From Sedimentisphaerales bacterium (GTDB lineage: Bacteria; Planctomycetota; Phycisphaerae; Sedimentisphaerales; SM23-30): DNA of 64,000 nucleotides. Within the stretch, counting starts at the first letter, position 1, and each line of letters starts with the position of its first letter. The stretch lies in NCBI GenBank assembly GCA_963663965.2, contig CAXXFK010000015.1, positions 64,001-128,000 on the forward strand, read 5' to 3'. A model generated the notes under the pieces. The model did no database searches, was not told where the DNA came from, and saw only the letters and a program-made list of their open reading frames with translations. Shown in pieces: positions 29,282-38,593 of the stretch. Made by a program: the position numbers and the translations under genes.

Positions 29282-29998
29282 ATGGGATCATTAAAATATA
29301 AACGCGTATTGCTCAAAGTCAGCGGAGAGGGGTTGAGCGGTCCGGGTGGATTCGGCATTGAAAGCGCACCTGTCACGAGCATGTGTGAACAAATCGCCGA
29401 ACTCTGGCGACATGGCGTTCAAACGGCCATCGTATGTGGTGGGGGCAATTTAATGCGGGGCGCCGCCCTCAGCGACCGGACCGCCATTCGCAGAACCACC
29501 GCCGATCAAATGGGCATGCTGGCTACCGTCATCAACTCCCTGGCCATCCAGGATGTTCTGGAAGGACTGGGAGTCCCAACGATCACCCTTTCAGCGGTAG
29601 AAATGAACGCTGTCTGCGAACGCTTTACCGCCCGGAAGGCCATTGCCCACCTGGAAGCCGGGCGGGCGATCATTCTAGCCGGAGGCACGGGCAATCCCTT
29701 TTTTACGACTGACACCTGCGCAACGTTGCGTGCTTCGGAAATCCAGGCTGATGTTGTCATTAAAGCGACGAAAGTCGATGGTGTCTACTCAGCCGACCCG
29801 GTTAAAGATCCATCCGCAAAACGTTATGAAGCATTAAGCTTTGACGAGGTCATTCAACAGAATCTCAAGGTGATGGACCTGACCGCGATAACCATGTGCC
29901 GCGAAAATAAAATCGATATTATCGTCTGTAACCTAATGGCGCCAGGGACCGTCTTAAAAGTGCTTCAGGGGATGAATGCCGGCACCACAATCAGTTAA
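29282..29998 (+). CDS. pyrH: UMP kinase
   Basis: KRVLLKVSGE, GGGN..RG, D.MGMLAT, GTGNPFFTTD, VMD.TA. Confidence 0.97.
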   Translation: MGSLKYKRVLLKVSGEGLSGPGGFGIESAPVTSMCEQIAELWRHGVQTAIVCGGGNLMRGAALSDRTAIRRTTADQMGMLATVINSLAIQDVLEGLGVPTITLSAVEMNAVCERFTARKAIAHLEAGRAIILAGGTGNPFFTTDTCATLRASEIQADVVIKATKVDGVYSADPVKDPSAKRYEALSFDEVIQQNLKVMDLTAITMCRENKIDIIVCNLMAPGTVLKVLQGMNAGTTIS

Positions 29999-30043
29999 TA
30001 AACTTACACTTATATCCCATTAAAAAATAGAAGGAACTCAATC

Positions 30044-30619
30044 ATGGCAGATGAAGGATTAACGCTTGACGATATTATGCTGGAATCGGAAGACCGCATG
30101 GACAAGGCGCTGGATCACCTGAAGAGCGAGTTAAGGATGGTACGCACCGGACGCGCATCAACCGCCCTGGTAGAAAATCTTCGCGCCGATTATTATGGCA
30201 CCTCCACCCCTCTGAAGCAACTGGCCAATTTATCCACACCGGAACCGGCTTTGATCGTGATCAAGCCATTCGATACTTCCGCCATAAAAGATATCGAAAA
30301 GGCCATCATCGCCTCTTCGATCGGCTTGAACCCCAACAGCGACGGTCGCCTCATCCGTTTGAACGTTCCGCCGCTTTCGGGTGAACGGCGACAACAGTTA
30401 GCCAACCAGATCAAGCAGATGGCCGAAGCCGCCCGGGTCAGTGTGCGGAATGTAAGACGAGACGCCAACAAGCAGATCGATCAGATCCAGAAAGACAAAG
30501 TGATTACTGAAGATCAGCGCGACAATGCCAAAAAGGACATTGATGAAACCACCAAAAAATACATCGATCAAATCGATGAAGCCTTGAAAAACAAAACAGA
30601 AGAAATCATGGAAGTCTGA
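30044..30619 (+). CDS. frr: Ribosome recycling factor
   Basis: RTGRA, YYG..TPL, PPL..ERR, VRNVRRD; conserved synteny. Confidence 0.97.
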   Translation: MADEGLTLDDIMLESEDRMDKALDHLKSELRMVRTGRASTALVENLRADYYGTSTPLKQLANLSTPEPALIVIKPFDTSAIKDIEKAIIASSIGLNPNSDGRLIRLNVPPLSGERRQQLANQIKQMAEAARVSVRNVRRDANKQIDQIQKDKVITEDQRDNAKKDIDETTKKYIDQIDEALKNKTEEIMEV

Positions 30620-30675
30620 CGTATCCTGGCATGCAAAAAAATCTCATCAAACAGCCTGAAATATTGCAGGCTGTT

Positions 30676-31638
30676 TTATTTGATGGAGATGCCGCCATTA
30701 CAGGTTTCCATGAACAACTGTCCGAGCCCCCCTTCGCGCCCGATAACGCCACGGAATTCATTGGCCAGCCTGCCGCGGACGACCAATGGGACATCGGAAT
30801 AGATTTTTCCATTATGAGTCGCCAATTCCGCTTTGCCGGCAAAATCACGGGGCAACAAAATACTCAGGCTGCCATTATAACTTTTAATCCAAATATCCCG
30901 GTCAGGCTCCACGCCGTTGACATATTCCACGTTGATACTGCCATTGTGAGTTTCTGCTTTTAAATTACCGGTCACTTCATACATTCTGATATCCTGGTTA
31001 TGGGTTTTCAAGTTTTGACCGCCTTGAATACCGCGTGTCTCAATCGAACCATTGTGAGTTTCGAGTACGACTTCTCCATTAACCTGCCGGGCAGTCACAT
31101 CGCCGTTATGGGTCGCGTAATGAACGGTTCCGCCAATCTTACTGGCCAGCATGGATCCATTATGGGTTTTACATTCCAGATTTCCATCTATATCGGCAAT
31201 CTCGATTTTGCCGTTATGGGTTAGCAATTGCAGGTTTGACCGAGTGGGAATCCTGACAGTCATATGTGTACATATCTGAAATTTGTTTTTGGGATCGGGA
31301 TGATCCGCACGTATGGATAGTTTTCCGTCGTCCTCAATTAGCTTTATCTCGACCCGATTCAGGTAATCCTGAGCCTCCTGGTCGGTCCTGGCCCGCACTT
31401 CAATCGCGGTATCCACTTGGCACCGTTCCTCATCCCAGCCATTGACAACTATGTTGCCGTTATGGAGATCCACCTCGATTAATTGACCTGACGTAAGAGC
31501 CATTTCATGTTGATCATCCCGGGTGACTTTACTGCTGAATTCACTGACATTACATCCGTCCAGGATAACAATACACCCTGGTATCAGGGCCAGCATCGCC
31601 AAAGTAAATACTATTTTTACAGAATATTGCCATTTCAT
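30676..31638 (-). CDS. DUF4097-type beta-strand repeat lipoprotein
   Basis: Lipobox LIPGC; repeated T-H-N-G-x-I units. Confidence 0.8.
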   Translation of the reverse strand: MKWQYSVKIVFTLAMLALIPGCIVILDGCNVSEFSSKVTRDDQHEMALTSGQLIEVDLHNGNIVVNGWDEERCQVDTAIEVRARTDQEAQDYLNRVEIKLIEDDGKLSIRADHPDPKNKFQICTHMTVRIPTRSNLQLLTHNGKIEIADIDGNLECKTHNGSMLASKIGGTVHYATHNGDVTARQVNGEVVLETHNGSIETRGIQGGQNLKTHNQDIRMYEVTGNLKAETHNGSINVEYVNGVEPDRDIWIKSYNGSLSILLPRDFAGKAELATHNGKIYSDVPLVVRGRLANEFRGVIGREGGLGQLFMETCNGGISIK

Positions 31639-31719
31639 AAAAGCCTCCTGACTATAAAATTCCTGTTTTGCCGTATTTCACTATTAGAATCACTATTGGA
31701 TCGTTGACTAGAATTCGAA

Positions 31720-32106
31720 TTAGCGCGCAGGTTCCAGGCTTATCCTGGCGTCGCCAATTTCTATTGGCGTTGATTGATTGACATAACCAATCCCGCATTC
31801 GCCGAGAATAATATTTCGTTCAGCACCAGACGCTTCACGATAGGTGATCTGAATCGTGCCAGATCCTGTATTCATGATTTCTATTTGACGGCCGACTTTG
31901 ACTAAGGCATCCCCAATTTGAATTTCTGTACCAATATCAAAATAGCCTGTTCCGTTTTGACCCAGCATGGTTACGTACTGATCATGATCGTTTTTGATTT
32001 CAACTATCTCTTCACCGGTATTGGTAACCGTGATCCGCTTTGAGCCACACCCCGACAATGCAATGAAGCAGGCAATTACGATTATAATAAAGCGAAACGG
32101 CTTCAT
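31720..32106 (-). CDS. Small hypothetical lipoprotein with internal duplication
   Basis: Lipobox LSGC; two ~50-aa repeats (I...NTG...I.I...LG..G.GY....T.I.IGDA). Confidence 0.6.
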   Translation of the reverse strand: MKPFRFIIIVIACFIALSGCGSKRITVTNTGEEIVEIKNDHDQYVTMLGQNGTGYFDIGTEIQIGDALVKVGRQIEIMNTGSGTIQITYREASGAERNIILGECGIGYVNQSTPIEIGDARISLEPAR

Positions 32107-32503
32107 AGCCACCCCTTTCGAATGTTAAATGTACTGCATAATCAAGAAATGTCACACTGATAAAAGCGTATGTTATGCTATTTTGTTACAGGGATTTCCA
32201 ACCCAAACGCCAACCAAATCACGGCAAGCACTTTCATCGCATGAATCTGTACCCAGCATCATCAAGTCAATTCAGAACTATCCGAAAATAATAAGCAAAA
32301 CGATTTGGCTGTCAGCCAATAATAATACACCCTGTCAAACCTGCCATCGCGATGAGAATTAACGCCAATCCAAGCATGCGACAAATAACCATAACGTACT
32401 CCTTCTATAATAAGTTACGATAAAATATCATTGTATTATTATTGTACAAGACGCATCACAGCAAGCAATCTTACATAAATTTCATGTAAATTCCAATATT
32501 TTA

Positions 32504-34627
32504 TCAAAGCATCTCGCCCAACCGTCCGGGTTCCGTAACAGGTTGGTTACATTTATAATTCGAACAGACCCAGGCGGTCGCCTTGGTATCCACCGGATGA
32601 TAATCTTTAAGGGCCGGAACCAGATCGGCAATCGGTATGGCATCGTTTTTCCGGCCCGGTACCTGTAAAATGACCTGGTCAGGCCGGTAACCCTGGTTAA
32701 TCACTTTAAGAAGCGCCAGCGTATCATGAGCCTGATACGGTCCAGCCACTACAATTTCACAGGAAGGTCCATTCAGATAATCCACTGTCTGGAGCATTTG
32801 CATGAATCCATTAGGGTGAGGTAAAATCTGACTGCCAAACGCCCGCACGGTTTCCCAGGCAAGAGCTTCCAACTTCAGGTCACCAGTAAGGCGTCCCAAC
32901 CGGGCCAGGTTCATCGCCATAATGGAATTCCCGGATGGAATGGCATTGTCATACGCATTTTTTGAACGAATAATCAATTTTTCCGCCATGGCGCCGGTAT
33001 GATAAAAACCACCATTGCGCTTGTCTCCGAACTGCCTGATGACAAACCGTGACAGACACAATGCACGCTCAAGGTACTGTGCATCAAATACTGTCTGGTA
33101 TAACTCGATTAAACCCCATATCAAAAACGCATAATCTTCCAGGAATCCGTTAATCTCTGCTTCACCCTGTCTGAAACGGCGCCATAAACGACAATCAGAG
33201 TCAATCATTTTCTCAATAACAAACTGAGTGGCTTGCTCTGCCATGGCAATAGAACCAGGATCATCCAGACTCCGGCCGGCGCGTGCCAGGGCCGCAATCA
33301 TTAATCCATTCCAGTCTGTTAAGATTTTGTCATCCTTAAACGGATGAGGACGCTGATTTCTTCGTTCCAGTAAAACCTTACGAATCCCTGACCATATCCT
33401 GTTATCTTCCTCAGACCAGGCCTGCGCCGGATCATCTATCCGGTCTAAATAGAGTATGTTTAATCCGGTTTTCTTTCTGGATGCTTCATCTTCATAATTA
33501 CCTGACGTCTCCAAATGGAACTTATCGATCATCCATTCAGTTTCATCCGGCGCCAGTATATCGCGTATACTTTTAACCGACCAAAGATAATACGCGCCCT
33601 CATAACCATCGCTGTCAGCATCTTCCGCGGAATAGAATCCACCCTCCCTGCCAGTCATATCGCGCCTGACATATTCGATTATTTCTTTTACCGTATTTAG
33701 ATAACATTGACGACCGGTGGCCTGCCAGGCTTCCAAATAGGCCAAGGTAAGCATCGCCTGGTCATAAAGCATCTTTTCGAAATGGGGCAATCTCCATTTC
33801 GCATCGGTAGCGTAACGATGAAAACCAAATCCAATATGATCATAAATTCCACCCGCACGCATATTACGCAAAGTCAATTCACCCATATTAAGCGGCTGGA
33901 TATTGCCGGAACGCTTCCATTGCCGTAATAAAAATGTCAGATTATGGGCAGATGGGAATTTGGGCGCGCTACCAAAACCGCCGTATGCTTTATCAAAACG
34001 ATGAGCCAAATCCTGATACGCCTGTTCGATTTGCTCTGGTCCCGGCTCGCTTTGTGAAGGCTCATTTAATCGGTTCACCATTTGCAAACGTTCATAAATC
34101 CCCTCAACCGATTGATATACTTTATCACGGTGATTTTGCCACAAATCCTCAATCCTAGCAGCCAGGTCCATCAATCCAAGGCGGCCATGCCGACTGACAG
34201 CGGGAAGATACGTAGCGGCAAAGAAGGGTTTTTTATCGGGGGTCATCAGAACAGTCAAAGGCCATCCTCCCCCACCGGTCATCATCTGGCATACTGTCAT
34301 ATACACCTCATCAAGGTCGGGGCGTTCTTCCCGGTCCACTTTAATACAGATAAAGCGCTCATTTAATACTTCAGCCACTTGAGGATTTTCAAAAGACTCA
34401 CGCTCCATAACATGACACCAGTGACAGGTAGAATAGCCAATTGACAGAAAAACAGGTCTGTCCAGTGTTTTTGCCTGCATAAAGGCCTCTTCAGACCAAG
34501 GGAACCAATCAACCGGGTTGCCGGCATGCATTTGCAAATAGGGACTGGATTCACTCCTGAGACGATTACCTGAGGATTTTGATCTATAAGAGTCTTTATT
34601 TTCGTTGTTTATAGATTTATTTGTCAT
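32504..34627 (-). CDS. YyaL/SPATA20-type thioredoxin-domain protein (DUF255)
   Basis: [52 protein letters not shown]. Confidence 0.93.
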   Translation of the reverse strand: MTNKSINNENKDSYRSKSSGNRLRSESSPYLQMHAGNPVDWFPWSEEAFMQAKTLDRPVFLSIGYSTCHWCHVMERESFENPQVAEVLNERFICIKVDREERPDLDEVYMTVCQMMTGGGGWPLTVLMTPDKKPFFAATYLPAVSRHGRLGLMDLAARIEDLWQNHRDKVYQSVEGIYERLQMVNRLNEPSQSEPGPEQIEQAYQDLAHRFDKAYGGFGSAPKFPSAHNLTFLLRQWKRSGNIQPLNMGELTLRNMRAGGIYDHIGFGFHRYATDAKWRLPHFEKMLYDQAMLTLAYLEAWQATGRQCYLNTVKEIIEYVRRDMTGREGGFYSAEDADSDGYEGAYYLWSVKSIRDILAPDETEWMIDKFHLETSGNYEDEASRKKTGLNILYLDRIDDPAQAWSEEDNRIWSGIRKVLLERRNQRPHPFKDDKILTDWNGLMIAALARAGRSLDDPGSIAMAEQATQFVIEKMIDSDCRLWRRFRQGEAEINGFLEDYAFLIWGLIELYQTVFDAQYLERALCLSRFVIRQFGDKRNGGFYHTGAMAEKLIIRSKNAYDNAIPSGNSIMAMNLARLGRLTGDLKLEALAWETVRAFGSQILPHPNGFMQMLQTVDYLNGPSCEIVVAGPYQAHDTLALLKVINQGYRPDQVILQVPGRKNDAIPIADLVPALKDYHPVDTKATAWVCSNYKCNQPVTEPGRLGEML

Positions 34628-34836
34628 TATGATCTCTTTCTGGTCAGCCCTTATATTAAAGCTATTTTGGAAATATAAGATTCTATCATGGCAAAATCCA
34701 ATAAGTCGAGATCGTTGCGGTAATATGGAGGCGTACAATATCAAATAGTATGCAAATTTAAACTTTAAAATAACTTACAATTCGGTAAAATCATTATAAT
34801 TCAATTATGGCCACCCCTTTAAAAAAGGATTTGTCT

Positions 34837-36339
34837 ATGTATTTGTTTGGTTACGATATTGGAAGTTCTTCGATCAAAGCCACCCTTCTGAACGGTGAAA
34901 CGGGTGAGGTTGTCGCAACAGCGACCTCGCCGTCGGTTGAAATGGAGATTATGGCTCAGCGTCCGGGATGGGCGGAGCAGGAACCGGAAACCTGGTGGCG
35001 CCATGTTCAAAAAGCTACTGCCCGGATTCGGGAGAAAGCACCCCAAGCGCTGGCTGATACCCGAGCTATCGGGATTTCCTATCAGATGCACGGTCTGGTC
35101 ATTGTGGACAAAAATGGCACACCGTTACGTCCATCGATTATCTGGTGCGACAGTCGCGCCGTATCGATCGGGAATGAGGCCAATATGGCCATGGGTCCCA
35201 AAACCTGTCTGAAACGATTATTAAATTCGCCCGGTAATTTTACCGCATCCAAGTTGAAATGGGTTAAAGAGCATGAGCCGGCGATTTTTTCTCAAATTCA
35301 TAAAGCCATGCTTCCCGGCGATTACATAGCCATGAAACTCACCGGATTAATCCGTACGACACCATCGGGCTTATCGGAAGGCATATTATGGGATTACGAG
35401 ACCCATGGGCCGGCCCAGATGGTTTTAGATCATTATGGCATACCCGGTGAAATGCTGGCAGAACTGTGTGATACATTCAGTATTCAAGGTGAACTTAGCA
35501 AGACGGCGGCTGAAATACTTGGGATGAAAGCGGGGATTCCCATATCGTATCGAGCCGGCGATCAGCCTAATAATGCCTTGTCACTCAATGTGCTGGAACC
35601 TGGAGAGATTGCCGCAACCGCTGGCACTTCCGGCGTCGTTTATGGCGTTGGCGATCAACCCAGTTACGATGAACAATCCCGGGTTAACAGCTTTCTACAT
35701 GTTAATCATCATGATAATGCCGCCCGGCTGGGTGTATTGCTTTGCGTATCGGGAACGGGCATATTAAACAGCTGGCTGAAACATCAGGTCGTCAGTGACA
35801 GCCTGGATTATCCAGCAATGAACGAACTGGCCGACAAGATTCCCGCGGGTTCCGATGGTCTGGTGGTGCTGCCATTTGGCAACGGAGCGGAACGCACTCT
35901 TGGCAACCAGGATATTGGTGCCCATATCAGCGGCCTTAATTTTAATATTCATACCCGCGCACATTTATTGAGGGCGGCCCAGGAAGGCATTGTATTCGCA
36001 TTGAATTATGGTCTGGATATCATGAAGGACATGGGACTCACAATCAATACGATCCGTGCGGGCCATGCCAATATGTTCCTGAGTCCTATTTTCGCCTCCA
36101 CCTTTGCTACATTAACCGGCGCGCGTATTGAATTATATAATACGGATGGATCGCAGGGCGCCGCCCGAGGCGCGGGCTTTGGCGCGGGCCTTTACGGGAC
36201 GCTGTCCGAAGCGTTTCATGGCCTGACCTCGGTAAAAACGATTGATCCGGTTTCCGCCCAGCAAACCCATTGCCTGGCCGCATACGATAAGTGGCTCATC
36301 GCCTTAAAAAACCTATTGAATAATCCTTATTCATCCTGA
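34837..36339 (+). CDS. xylB: FGGY carbohydrate kinase, xylulokinase-like
   Basis: GYDIGSSSIK, QMHG, IWCDSR, GDQPNNA, GTSG, GAARGAG. Confidence 0.8.
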   Translation: MYLFGYDIGSSSIKATLLNGETGEVVATATSPSVEMEIMAQRPGWAEQEPETWWRHVQKATARIREKAPQALADTRAIGISYQMHGLVIVDKNGTPLRPSIIWCDSRAVSIGNEANMAMGPKTCLKRLLNSPGNFTASKLKWVKEHEPAIFSQIHKAMLPGDYIAMKLTGLIRTTPSGLSEGILWDYETHGPAQMVLDHYGIPGEMLAELCDTFSIQGELSKTAAEILGMKAGIPISYRAGDQPNNALSLNVLEPGEIAATAGTSGVVYGVGDQPSYDEQSRVNSFLHVNHHDNAARLGVLLCVSGTGILNSWLKHQVVSDSLDYPAMNELADKIPAGSDGLVVLPFGNGAERTLGNQDIGAHISGLNFNIHTRAHLLRAAQEGIVFALNYGLDIMKDMGLTINTIRAGHANMFLSPIFASTFATLTGARIELYNTDGSQGAARGAGFGAGLYGTLSEAFHGLTSVKTIDPVSAQQTHCLAAYDKWLIALKNLLNNPYSS

Positions 36340-36355
36340 TTTCCGGAGTTTATCC

Positions 36356-36760
36356 ATGGACGACTGCAATGCTATCGCTGAAATTACCATCCAGGACGAT
36401 GTCGTCATACTGAAACTGCTTCATGAGGAGTTGATTTCCACCGCTGATATTCAAAAACTGGAAGAGACGCTTGGCCCTTTGATTCAATTAGAGAAAAAGA
36501 TAAATTACATCATTGATTTCAGCCGGGTGAATATCCTTTCTTCCTCAGCATTGGGCTTTTTGCTGCGGACGCACAAAAAACTGACCAGTCAGGGCGGACG
36601 CCTGGTTTTATGTTGCCTCAAGCATAAATTCGCCAGTTCCCCCAATGACACGTATGTCTATGAGTTGCTTAAAGTGGTTGAACTGGATGGCTATTTTGAA
36701 ATTACCGAGACCCTGAAAGAGGCCCTGGAACGGATTCATGCCCCCCTGCCTCCATCTTAA
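36356..36760 (+). CDS. STAS-domain anti-sigma-factor antagonist
   Basis: IDFSRV..LSSSALG.LL, GGRLVLC, L..YFEI.ET..EAL. Confidence 0.8.
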   Translation: MDDCNAIAEITIQDDVVILKLLHEELISTADIQKLEETLGPLIQLEKKINYIIDFSRVNILSSSALGFLLRTHKKLTSQGGRLVLCCLKHKFASSPNDTYVYELLKVVELDGYFEITETLKEALERIHAPLPPS

Positions 36761-36770
36761 GGTCAAGCTA

Positions 36771-37145
36771 TCATAAAGCGAATCCATTTCCTTTTATGCT
36801 GTTTTTATGGCTGGTATCTGCCAGATCCCAGCCGTTATCAATATGTTTTTCATGGGTACATAGACAGACTCTGGACTCATCCGGCGTCGTTGCAGTATTG
36901 AAAGGCATGTTTGGCTTCGGCCGGTCATATTTGTCCCCGTAGACATCGATATAGGCCGCAATATCACCCTCACCTTCATAGCTGACCTATTGTAAATTTT
37001 CAGCATAACTCACAAAAACAAATGGCCGGGTAAAATGCCCAACCCGGGTAAACTTCGCGTCGCCATTACCCGCTTCTCCGCATGCCAGCATAGAACCAAT
37101 GCAGACCAGAATCATAATACTAAAAGAGACTGTAACTGCTTTCAT
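36771..37145 (-). pseudogene. Possible secreted protein gene interrupted by an in-frame TAG
   Basis: Signal-like N-terminus MKAVTVSFSIMILVCIG; TAG at 36987-36989; frame stays open 71 more codons to TGA at 36771. Confidence 0.3.
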
Positions 37146-37346
37146 ATTAGGCAAAAAAGGGACAGTAAACATTTTATGCACCACTTTCTTTAGTTTTATT
37201 CTTCTTCGGCCAGCCGGCCTCGCCATCCTATCCCGGGCACCTTCAAGCGCAGCAAAGCGAAGCGTGTGGGTGCCTGACACGTCATTTCCAATCATAATAC
37301 CATCTCTATTAAAAAACAAAACATCACACGCAATGCCACCCTCCCC

Positions 37347-37374
37347 CATTTTGCATTCTGCATTTTACATTTTC
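37347..37374 (+). repeat. Degenerate heptamer tandem (CATTYTN)x4
   Basis: CATTTTG CATTCTG CATTTTA CATTTTC. Confidence 0.6.
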
Positions 37375-37496
37375 AATTCCTTTTCTCCATCCTGTCAATC
37401 AGCTGAAAGTCCCGATCGTTCGGGATGATCCTGTCTAAATGGCTGTTAATCTTTGTGGCATGGTGGCTTCGTGTGAAACCGGCTGTTAACGGCAAT

Positions 37497-37736
37497 TCAC
37501 CTCCGCCGCATAAATCGCCAGTAAATCAAAACAAACACCCCACCCTGTACCAAAGCGGCTAATCCAAGCACAAGACCATAAACATAAAATTTCTGCGTTG
37601 CCAATGTATCATCAGAACCCGGATGCGCGTTCATCCAGACACTCCAGGCTATCCAATAAAACAGCACCCCATCCACAATCAAAGAAATCACCGCCCATAA
37701 ACTCACAATAGTACCCACAGATATTTTCATCAGCAA
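37497..37736 (-). CDS. Small two-TM membrane protein
   Basis: Two hydrophobic helices and an RRR tail. Confidence 0.5.
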   Translation of the reverse strand: MLMKISVGTIVSLWAVISLIVDGVLFYWIAWSVWMNAHPGSDDTLATQKFYVYGLVLGLAALVQGGVFVLIYWRFMRRR

Positions 37737-37742
37737 AATCCC

Positions 37743-37958
37743 CTATAAATCCAAACTGGTAAAAAATATCCCGATCAATCCATCATCCGCAATCACCATC
37801 GCCAAAGCCCTTTCCATAAACATCAAATCCTCAATAACATTCTGAAAATCAACTCTACCGCCCACCCCCGCAATATTCAACCACAAATCAATAAAATTTG
37901 ATCCCATCCCCGGCCCTGCCAGTTTTATCAAAATAATATATAATAATACATTTGACAT
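37743..37958 (-). CDS. Small hypothetical protein or gene remnant
   Basis: 71-aa ATG ORF adjacent and co-oriented to 37497-37736; no motif recognised. Confidence 0.25.
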   Translation of the reverse strand: MSNVLLYIILIKLAGPGMGSNFIDLWLNIAGVGGRVDFQNVIEDLMFMERALAMVIADDGLIGIFFTSLDL

Positions 37959-38124
37959 ATTTCAAACACAACACTATAATATCCCAGATCGGTTGCGTTC
38001 CCAGAAACTAACAAGAACCAAAAACAAAAACAGCCCCATAATCTCGCTCTTTAAAAATTAAATAATCCTAACATCTGGGCCGCCCATCTAGCGCTGCACC
38101 CCTGGCCGGCCAACCACCAACTCC

Positions 38125-38178
38125 AAACGAACCCAATCCACCTTTTTAAGCCTTAACTATCTATAATAAAACATATTA
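38125..38178 (-). repeat. Composite repeat copy C (reverse orientation)
   Basis: AAACGAACCCAA 38125-38136, N17, TAAC-N17-ATTA 38154-38178. Confidence 0.7.
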
Positions 38179-38311
38179 CATCATTTTTCCCGTATCAGAA
38201 TTTTCCCCCTATGTTCCCACACCTATCCATCACTCCCGCCTTAACAAAACCGGCTATTACCCCAACCCGAAACCACCCCACCCGCTGCCATAGCCCAGCC
38301 ACCCCCAATCC

Positions 38312-38366
38312 AAACGAACCCAACACCTCCAAAAACCATCATAACTACCCATATATAAATATCTTA
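38312..38366 (-). repeat. Composite repeat copy D (reverse orientation)
   Basis: AAACGAACCCAA 38312-38323, N18, TAAC-N17-CTTA 38342-38366; lone 12-mer also at 38564-38575. Confidence 0.7.
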
Positions 38367-38379
38367 TCACGCATATCTT

Positions 38380-38411
38380 TTATCAGTGTCTATTCGTGTG
38401 AATTCGTGGTT
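38380..38411 (+). repeat. 32-bp REP-like repeat, copy 2
   Basis: TTATCAGTGTCTATTCGTGTGAATTCGTGGTT; 26/32 identity to the reverse complement of 10756-10787. Confidence 0.65.
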
Positions 38412-38593
38412 CACTTCTCGCCCCCGTTACTACCAATCTGACTGTATCTCTTCATAGCTTCGTGCCTTCGTGTGAAATCTTTTTCTTCGGTTGCGTTTCG
38501 ACCGCCCGCGTGGTTAATCTTGATTTTCCACCAGAAATCGCTATCATAAACCTTTTTACCTCAAAACGAACCCAACCCCAAGCGAGAGTACCC

